DNA of 64,000 bases. It comes from Macrostomum hystrix (lineage: Eukaryota; Animalia; Platyhelminthes). Both the position numbers and the translations under genes were made by a program. Location: the NCBI GenBank assembly GCA_950097015.1, contig CATNEN010000038.1, forward strand, positions 11,656,001-11,720,000, written 5' to 3'. Shown here piece by piece: positions 54,670 to 64,000 of the stretch; positions within the stretch are counted from its first letter, which is position 1; each line of letters begins with the position of its first letter. Under the pieces are notes generated by a model that had not been told where the DNA came from, did no database searches, and was given only the letters and a program-made list of their open reading frames with translations.

Positions 54670-55189
54670 TACTCTTCCGAATACAATTGTTATGCTACAT
54701 GTTACAAGCGAAAGCGTAGAAAAAAATCGACGATAAAATTGTATGGTACAAGTGTATTTAGACAAAATTTAAACGAAACGGAAGCATTTTGGTTAAATGA
54801 ACATCGTAAAGGATTTTCTATTAACAATGGGAACTCATGTCCAGCATGAAAATCTTGTGTACTGTATAAAAGCAAGAAATGAAGACAAAAAATCCTGAAG
54901 AAAGCATGCAAGAATGCTTGTAAATTTAAAACAAATATTATAAAAAAGGCAGTTAAAGGCATGTCAAAGAATAAAACTAAAACACCTTAGCTCTTAAGCT
55001 AAAGACAAAGGCGAAAAATATCACTTAAAATGTTACTTGTGCCCTGTAAAAGTACATTTACCAAAGGTAAAATAGCCATTTCGCGCGTAAACGGAACACG
55101 GCAAATCTATAAAGTCGGTTTTGAATGAGCAAACACACAGCTTGACACAATTACTGTCAGTAGTAAAGCTAACATTTTTCTGATAATCG

Positions 55190-55590
55190 AACTGGTGAAT
55201 TACCAGGAGGCTGCAGAGGACTGGTGAATTACCAGGAGGGTGCAGAGGACTGGTGAATTACCAGGAGGGTGCAGAGGACTGGTGAATTACCAGGAGGGTG
55301 CAGAGGACTGGTGAATTACCAGGAGGGTGCAGAGGACTGGTGAATTACCAGGAGGGTGCAGAGGACTGGTGAATTACCAGGAGGGTGCAGAGGACTGGTG
55401 AATTACCAGGAGGGTGCAGAGAACTGGTGAATTACCAGGAGGGTGCAGAGGACTGGTGAATTACCAGGAGGGTGCAGAGAACTGGTGAATTACCAGGAGG
55501 GTGCAGAGGACTGGTGAATTACCAGGAGGCTGCAGAGGACTGGTGAATTACCAGGAGGCTGCAGAGGACTGGTGAATTACCAGGAGGCTT
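55190..55590. repeat. 29-bp minisatellite (CTGGTGAATTACCAGGAGGGTGCAGAGGA)n
   Basis: About 14 copies with no spacers. Confidence 0.95.
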
Positions 55591-55700
55591 AGGTCCCTTC
55601 ACCATCCAATGACCAATCTTGCAGTACAGAATACTTAAAGCTACATACAAAGCCAATAATTGAGCTGGATAACGATTCTCTATATAAGTAACGCAGGCGC

Positions 55701-58700
55701 TTACTGCAGCAGTTCAATATAATTGAGGGGTATAATCCCCCTGCGACCTTTGATCACACCGCAGCACCAGCCCTCGTTGCCATCAATTTTCTGCACATCG
55801 TAGACAATTTCGTTGGCTTCAAAGGACAGTTCGCTCTCCGTGTCGGCCTTGCAGGCGTACAGGGTCCTGGCGCATCGCTTCGGGCCGTGCAGATTAAACG
55901 ACATCTGATCTAGCCTGTGCAGCTTGCTGCTGCTGCTGCTGCTGCCGCTGCTGCTGGGGAAAGCCAGCTTCGGAACAGCTGCCAGCACCCGGGATTCAAT
56001 GATGTCGTCTCCTGACGCCTGACGCAACACTGGCGCCCTTGAAGAAGCCGACGCCACGGACGAAGCTGGGAAAGCGTCTGGCAGGATGTCTTCGGCGTGC
56101 TGCAGCAGTGTCAGAACCAGCTGCTTGCCTTCCACAGTGCAATACTGCACACTCTGCAGGTTGTACTCACGAGGCCAGCACACGGTCAGGGCGAACACAA
56201 GGGCAAGATTCTCCGGCGTCATTTTGTTGCTTACCGAACAATCGGCGACTCGGCGAAGGTGGCCGACTAGTTCGACAATCAGGCGACGATTCAACACTGG
56301 CAGACGGTCGGCAGACAGCCGGTCGCGAAGCTCCGGCAGCGGCCTCTGCTGGGTGTCGCCGGCTGGACCCGACTGTGTCAAAATGGCCAATTCGGTGACG
56401 AGAATCAGGCCTGACTAAGCCTCCATCCACCCTCTGACCCACCCTGAAATCTCATCCTAACCAATCATGACCCTCAGATATAACCTGACCCAAACTGACA
56501 CATTTTGACCCACCCTGCCTGACCCATTCTGATTGATCTATCCTGAATGATCAATCCGAATCTGACCAATCCTAAACAGACCTAACTCACCCTGACCACA
56601 CTAACTCACCCTGACCACACTGACTCACCCTGACCCATCCTGAATGGTCCCGACTCACCCTGACCACCCTGAACGGTCCCGACCCACCCTGACTCACCCT
56701 GACCCATCCTGAATGGTCCCGACCCACCCTAACTCACACTGACCCATCCTGACTCACCCTGACCCATCCTGAATCGTCCCGACCCACGCTGACCCACCCT
56801 GACCCATCCTGAATCGTCCCGACCCACGCTGACCCACCCTGACCCATCCTGAATGGTCCTGACCCACCCTGACCCATCATGAATGGTCGTGACCCACCCT
56901 GACCCCCTGATTCGCCTGACGTGTATGACTCTAACTCTAATGAGGTCTCTTGTGTGTCTCAGCCTAGCGTCGGCACTCACAGTGTCATTGAGGTACTGGA
57001 CAAAGTCGAATGTGATTAACGGCTGCGGCAGATTCTTCAGGTAGCGCTTAATGCCGCTACTGAGAACCCGGATGCCAAACGGCTTCAGCTCTCCGCGGCC
57101 ATCCAGAATGTAACCCTGCAGCAGCTCTTCAACTTGGCTGCTTTGGCCTTCAACCCGGTAGAGGCCTTCCTCCTCCAGGCCGCGTGACTCGAGCTCGCGA
57201 ATGCAGCTGACAAGCCGGTCCACTTCCGCCTGTGTTGGTCGCAGCTGCCGGCATGATTCGGGAAAAGAAAAAAAGGATTTATATGCGTATAAAAATGGAC
57301 GGTAATATTCGCAGCTTGTCTACTTAAAGTAGGATAAAAAGAAGGAACTTCATTTAAAATAAAACGGAATATTTAATGAAACCCACTTGATTATATCGCC
57401 AGCCCATTACCAGTCTACGTACGGCTGTTCAGTCCATGGACTGGGGACTGGGGGAGAAATAGCGTGGTTCTACTGTTCAAGAACTCACCGCCTCCTCAGA
57501 AGTCAACGGTCTCTGCCCGGCCAGGGCTCTAATCCAGTCCTGGGAGTCCAGTGATGAGTAAGCCTGCAGCAGGAGGGACCGGCCCTCGATTGTGGACACC
57601 TCGAAGCTGAACCGCCTACCACCGGAGCTGTCCTCAGTGACAGAGGACACGTTGCCGAGAATGGCGTTGCCGCTAGAGCTGCCCGGATTGGCTGGCGAAT
57701 AAGGCATCAGGTTCAGGACCCGGTTGTCCAGAGTCAGGGTGCAGTAGCACCTGAAAGTGTTGCGTCATGTTCTAAAATGATCACAAAATTAACCTGAGTT
57801 CCAAAGCATTCAGTGAGAGGACTGTATACGGCTGTTCAGTCCATGGACTGGGGGGACGCCACACCCACCCTGGTACCAGTTTAATAGCTGGGTGAATTGA
57901 AGCATAGCAGATTCCATTGTCTTGCTATATGACACAAATTGTTACATTGGAGTCAGGAATCGAACCCTCTGGAAAACAACCTCTGGAAAACAACCTCTGG
58001 AAAAAAGGTCGCAGCGCTACTGGAGGTCATACCGAGACATATCGAAGTTCCGTTACTTCATTAAAATCTAAATCTAAATCTAATCGTTGGAAATCATATT
58101 CAACAATCTAATCAAAATCACACCTCTGCCAGGATGTGGGAATGCCCAGCTTCCTCTGCGCCATCAGCAGGTAGCCCTCCATCATGTTGCCGTTAATTCG
58201 GCTGCTAGCCGCTCGCTTTGAAGACGACAGCAGCAGGTGGCGCTTGTGCTCTTCCAGCTCCTGCTCTGCCAGGTCGACGCTGTTGTTGAACCTCATCACC
58301 GACTCGTTCATAGCGTTCATGAAGTGCTCTCTTTCGCCAAGATTGTCGTTGCACTCCTGACATCGGTTCAATATACAGCCTCATTAAACACACATCTACT
58401 CAATTAACAGCCTCATTAAACACGCATCTACTCATTAAACAGCCTCATTAAACACACATCAAATTAAATAAACAGCCTCATTAAACACACATCTACTCAA
58501 TTAACAGCCTCATTAAACACACATCTAATTAAATAAACAGCCTCATTAAACACACATCTAATTAAATAAACAGCCTCATTAAACACACATCTAATTAAAT
58601 AAACAGCCTCATTAAACACATATCTACTCAATTAACAGCCTCAATAAACACACATCTACTCAATAAACAGCCTCATTAAACACACATCTACTAAATAAAC

Positions 58701-59237
58701 AGCCTCATTAAACACACATCTACTAAATAAACAGCCTCATTAAACACACATCTACTAAATAAACAGCCTCATTAAACACACATCTACTCAATAAACTGCC
58801 TCATTAAACACACATCTACTAAATAAACAGCCTCATTAAACACACATCTACTAAATAAACAGCCTCATTAAACACACATTGACCTAATAAACAGCCTCAT
58901 TAAACACATATCTACTAAATAAACTGCCTCATTAAACACACATCTACTAAATAAACAGCCTCATTAAACACACATCTACTCAATAAACTGCCTCATTAAA
59001 CACACATCTACTCAATAAACAGCCTCATTAAACACACATCTACTAAATAAACAGCCTCATTAAACACACATTGACCTAATAAACAGCCTCATTAAACACA
59101 CATCTACTCAATAAACAGCCTCATTAAACACACATCTACTAAATAAACAGCCTCATTAAACACATATCTAATTAATTAAACAGCCTCATTAAACACACAT
59201 CTACTAAATAAACAGCCTCATTAACTAACTAACTAAG

Positions 59238-59289
<52 letters not shown>

Positions 59290-61037
59290 AACGAGGATTT
59301 CCCCTCTGACAATTTTTTGTTCTGCACCCGAACGGAACAACGCAAGCGCACGAAACTCAAGAAAACGAGCTAAGGGAAAACGAGAAAGGGAACTTTTTGT
59401 TGCGCATCTTCTCAAACAAGAATCAAGTCGCCAGCTCTTCTGACCGTCGAGATATTCAATGTTTCTGGCCGAAGGTCAGGTTTTTCCCATAAAAGCTAGT
59501 GTATTTCCTACACCCCTATGCTCGTACACAAAATAGCAATGCGCCGCAGTGCAGCCGAATGTGCCTGCATCATCTCCGTCTTCGGTGGTCATCTACCTTT
59601 ATCTAGACGGATTTGCTGGACTTTCAATGGCTACAACAGGTGGAAACAGGCCACTATGGACACCCTGACGCGAATTTCTCCAATTTCATTGAACAAACCT
59701 AAATATTAGGCGCAGCTCAACCACAGGACACCATCGCCATATGTCTGTCAACCAATCAGTCACCACCCAGCGCTGTTAGCATTCCGGCGCTGCCAATTTT
59801 TTTTCAGTGGTTATTCCACCCTTGGTATAAAAAACTGGCGGTAAATGACTTGCTAGTTCTACTGTTAAACACACGCACTTAGCGCACCTGATAGAAGCAC
59901 TTCCAGACGCTCTGCAGCGTGGCGATGATCTCGAAGAACCTACTCTTATTTTTGGCCTGCCTGAACTGCAGAGCCTTGACGTATTCGTAGGTCCGACCCA
60001 AATAGTCCAGGCGCTCGTTATCCATGTCCTGCGTGGGCGGAGTTGATCTGGCCAGAGACCGCTCCTGACTGTGGTAAAATTTGCGCGTCTCCTCGTAGTA
60101 TTCGCGCCGCGTCTCGCTTAGAAACTCTTTGATCTTGGCCCGCTGGCTGTTCAGCTCATCCATAAACAGACGCTGGGAGTTCTGCAGCCAGCGCCTGCGG
60201 TTGCAACAAGCAAGTCAGGATGGCAGCTATTTAGTCGTTTGGATTTGAGAATTTCGGAATTTCGGGTCTGGGATTTAGCAATCTAGTCGAGTGGGATTTT
60301 TTAGGATGTGATTTACTGGGATTTTTCGGGATTGGATTTGAAAACCTGGTCCAATGGGTTTTTTGCGTGGGATTTGAGGGTTTGGTCCAGTGGGATTTCC
60401 TGGATGGGATTTAGGAATCTGCTCCAGTGGGATTTGTCAGGGTGGGATTTTTCTGAATTTACGTTGGTCTAGTAGCCTTCTGCAGTATAGGATCTAGGGA
60501 TTAAGGGAAGTGAGATTCTTGGAGAATCTATTTCATCGAGTCGGTTGGGATTCACTAGTTTTGATATTTCTTAGTAGTACCAATAAAGGGTTTTTGGGGC
60601 TGGGATTTAGTCTAGAGGGATTCTTCGAGGTTAAAATTTGTAGAACGGAATATCTTTCATTGGGATTTTAAAAGAAAAAGGAAAGAAAAGAAACACATAC
60701 AAACTGACCTCCTAGCCTCTTCTATGTACTCCAAATCGTGCGAGAGTTGCACAAAAAAGTTCGCCATGTCGCGCTCGGCCTTCAGCGCGCCGATATTTCC
60801 CGACGGCCGCCTCGAATCCGGCTCGTCTGTACCGCCGGTGCCGAGCTCGCGGATGGCCCGGCTGAATCCCAGCAGAGCCTCCGAGTGGCTCTGGCCAGTC
60901 TCGCGGACCCTGTTGAAGCTCTCGATGACGCGCTTCATCGACTTGACGTAGTCGTCTAGCACGCGCTCCTGATCTAGTAGGGCGCTGCGCAAGTCCGGAC
61001 TATCGAGTGAGCAGGCGTTGTAGTCCACAATGCGCAT
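55701..61037 (-). CDS. GRAF/ARHGAP26/10-family RhoGAP (BAR-PH-RhoGAP-SH3)
   Basis: Exons (minus) 61037-60709, 60194-59888, 58356-58124, 57750-57489, 57244-56981, 56414-55701 (last junction less certain). CSLDSPDLR N-terminus, PH MEGYL...RRFSFEV...LLLQA...WIRAL, EEEGLYRV arginine finger, NKMTPENLALVF and a C-terminal SH3. Confidence 0.85.
56560..56910. repeat. 10-bp-based repeat (GACCCACCCT/GACCCATCCT) in the RhoGAP last intron
   Basis: Direct observation. Confidence 0.85.
57415..57970 (-). mobile_element. Two partial SINE copies (57415-57447 and 57820-57970) flanking a RhoGAP exon
   Basis: TACGGCTGTTCAGTCCATGGACTGGGG occurs in both. The second continues to GACACAAATTGTT..GGAGTCAGGAATCGAACCCTC. 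Confidence 0.75.
58375..59290. repeat. 32-bp minisatellite (TAAACAGCCTCATTAAACACACATCTACTAAA)n followed by (TAAC)n
   Basis: Direct observation. Confidence 0.95.
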
Positions 61038-61089
61038 CTTGCAGCCGGCTGAAAATTGGACTTTACAGGTTTAAAAACAGTTCTCCCAT

Positions 61090-63040
61090 TCCCAGTCTGT
61101 AAGGTGTCGAATCCCCTTCTCAAAGTCGGTTAGGTGTGGAATCCCCTTCTCAAAGTCGGTTAGGTGTGGAATCCCCTTCCCACTGTCTGTCAGGTGTGGA
61201 ATCCCCTTCCCACAGTCTGTCAGGTGTGGAATTCCCTTCTCACAGTCTGTCAGGTGCCCAATCCCCTTCCCACAGTCTGTCAGGTGTGGAATTCCCTTCT
61301 CACAGTCTGTCAGGTGTGGAATCCCCTTCTCACAGTCTGTCAGGTGCCGAATCCCCTTCCCACAGTCTGTCAGGTGTGGAATTCCCTTCTCACAGTCTGT
61401 CAGGTGTGGAATTCCCTTCTCACAGTCTGTCAGGTGCCCAATCCCCTTCCCACAGTCTGTCAGGTGTGGAATTCCCTTCTCACAGTCTGTCAGGTGTGGA
61501 ATCCCCTTCCCACAGTCTGTCAGGTGTGGAATCCCCTTCCCACAGTCTGTCAGGTGTGGAATCCCCTTCTCACAGTCTGTCAGGTGTTGAATTCCCTTCT
61601 CACAGTCTGTCAGGTGCCGAATCCCCTTCCCACAGTCTGTCAGGTGTGGAATTCCCTTCTCACAGTCTGTCAGGTGTGGAATTCCCTTCTCACAGTCTGT
61701 CAGGTGTGGAATTCCCTTCCCACAGTCTGTCAGGTGTGGAATCCCCTTCTCACAGTCTGTCAGGTGTGGAATTCCCTTCTCACAGTCTGTCAGGTGCCGA
61801 ATCCCCTTCCCACAGTCTGTCAGGTGTGGAATTCCTTTCTCACAGTCTGTCAGGTGTGGAATTCCCTTCTCACAGTCTGTCAGGTGTGGAATTCCCTTCT
61901 CACAGTCTGTCAGGTGTGGAATTCCCTTCCCACAGTCTGTCAGGTGTGGAATTCCCTTCTCACAGTCTGTCAGGTGTGGAATTCCCTTCTCACAGTCTGT
62001 CAGGTGTGGAATCCCCTTCTCACAGTCTGTCAGGTGTGGAATTCCCTTCTCACAGTCTGTCAGGTGTGGAATTCCCTTCTCACAGTCTGTCAGGTGTGGA
62101 ATTCCCTTCTCACAGTCTGTCAGGTGTGGAATTCCCTTCTCACAGTCTGTCAGGTGTGGAATTCCTTTCTTACAGTCTGTCAGGTGTGGAATTCCCTTCT
62201 CACAGTCTGTCAGGTGTGGAATTCCCTTCTCACAGTCTGTCAGGTGCCGAATCCCCTTCCCACAGTCTGTCAGGTGTGGAATCCCCTTCTCACAGTCTGT
62301 CAGGTGTGGAATTCCCTTCTCACAGTCTGTCAGGTGTGGAATTCCCTTCTCACAGTCTGTCAGGTGTGGAATTCCTTTCTCACAGTCTATCAGGTGTGGA
62401 ATTCCCTTCTCACAGTCTGTCAGGTGTGGAATTCCCTTCTCACAGTCTGTCAGGTGTGGAATTCCCTTCTCACAGTCTGTCAGGTGTGGAATTCCCTTCT
62501 CACAGTCTGTCAGGTGTGGAATTCCCTTCTCACAGTCTGTCAGGTGTGGAATTCCCTTCTCACAGTCTGTCAGGTGTGGAATTCCTTTCTTACAGTCTGT
62601 CAGGTGTGGAATTCCCTTCTCACAGTCTGTCAGGTGTGGAATTCCCTTCTCACAGTCTGTCAGGTGTGGAATTCCCTTCTCACAGTCTGTCAGGTGTGGA
62701 ATCCCCTTCTCACAGTCTGTCAGGTGTGGAATTCCCTTCTCACAGTCTGTCAGGTGTGGAATTCCCTTCTCACAGTCTGTCAGGTGTGGAATTCCTTTCT
62801 CACAGTCTATCAGGTGTGGAATTCCCTTCTCACAGTCTGTCAGGTGTGGAATTCCCTTCTCACAGTCTGTCAGGTGTGGAATTCCCTTCTCACAGTCTGT
62901 CAGGTGTGGAATTCCCTTCTCACAGTCTGTCAGGTGTGGAATTCCCTTCTCACTGTCTGTCAGGTGTGGAATTCCCTTCTCACAGTCTGTCAGGTGTGGA
63001 ATTCCCTTCCCATAGTCTGTCAGTTGCTGAATCTCTTTCC
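61090..63040. repeat. 30-bp minisatellite (CACAGTCTGTCAGGTGTGGAATTCCCTTCT)n, about 64 copies
   Basis: Tandem repeat just upstream of the RhoGAP start. Confidence 0.98.
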
Positions 63041-64000
63041 TACGGTCTTATATAGGTTTGGCTTGGGCCTAAGATGTGTAGACAATTAAAAAAATTTAAA
63101 ATTTTCAAACCATAAGTTTTTTAATAATAACTTTCTGAATATCTATGAGAAATAGAAGTTAATAATTATATACTTAGAGGTTAAGACTCTTCTGTCTATT
63201 AAAATGTAAAAGAAAATTGTTTACAACTTTATGGCTATAATTTGTTTTTTATCTTGGCTTGGCCCTACTAAAATAATAGCAAACTGATTGCTCAAGTTAA
63301 TGAAGCCATTCACACAAAAACAATAATAGCTAGTTCAATCCATATAATTCACTCAAACAAACTTAAATCTAGAGTTCAGGGTCAGAAAATATAGCTAAGC
63401 TCTTTAGTGAATATAGCTAGCTACATGAATATGAGATGAAAAGCTGTCAATGTTTAGAAAATAATTCAAAAAATGCTATAAATTCTAAATTGGTCTGTTG
63501 TCAATTTATAGTTTACAAAAGAAAACACAAGCATTCATCCTTAGTTTGCTCAATAAAACAATCAGCATCAAAGCTACTAGCTAAAATTCCTTAAACACAA
63601 CACAATATCAGTTTTATTATAATTTTACTCAGTATGGATTTATATCAGTTCATGATAGTCGCTTAATTAACCAATGTATAAAACAATATTATATAGTATA
63701 CTTTAACAGCGGATCGGATGCAACAAGATGTAGCTCTAGTTTAGCTTTAAGTTAACATAGTTTATTTTGATTGTCGAACTCGTAGTGCATATGGGCATTA
63801 GGCCAGTTAGAAATAAGAAAAATGTACGCTACATATATGCATTCTATACAACCACCATAAAAAAGGAACTAGGGGGCCTATCCAATGACGTCGTTCCTTG
63901 TTATTATATCATGAATAACTAACTACTAACTAGCTCAGAATTATTATTCTACTTTTAGCCTGCTTTTAAATTGCCTAATATTGTTTGTGATATAAGACTT

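Noticed and set aside
55190-55590. CRISPR-like 29-bp partly palindromic repeat
   Set aside because: Units are contiguous with no unique spacers, there are no cas genes, and the context is eukaryotic.
59290-59870. Possible DNA transposon in a RhoGAP intron
   Set aside because: No convincing terminal inverted repeats or TSD could be identified by eye.
61136-63089. 639- and 641-aa repeat ORFs
   Set aside because: A 30-bp minisatellite open in two frames, with no ATG start.

Overview
Eukaryotic (metazoan) genomic DNA with GC-rich exons, AT-rich spacers and a different minisatellite in most introns. This architecture resembles the flatworm Macrostomum, which is an inference only. Plus strand: last exon of a Met-poor SRP54-like gene, TMEM128, a 7-exon puromycin-sensitive (M1) aminopeptidase, 9-exon cytosolic leucyl-tRNA synthetase, ATOX1, and two paralogous genes for secreted PAN + ALK/LTK-type glycine-rich proteins (one frameshifted). 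Those two genes lie among shuffled promoter-like modules carrying five perfect RFX X-boxes. Minus strand: CEP41, with an inverted copy of its own 3' end upstream, and a GRAF-family BAR-PH-RhoGAP-SH3 gene. The 10.5-kb third intron of the aminopeptidase holds a nested PAN+LamG gene, a decayed Penelope-like element ending in a minimal hammerhead ribozyme, and an intact Ty3/gypsy element. That element has identical 202-bp LTRs, a tRNA-Leu PBS and a GGGAAAC/pseudoknot -1 frameshift signal, and it has split a cryptic OTU-protease catalytic motif without a matching target-site duplication. Also present: tRNA-derived CORE-like SINE copies, a truncated LINE inside a minisatellite and a putative MITE. 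All calls come from manual reading; no database searches were run.
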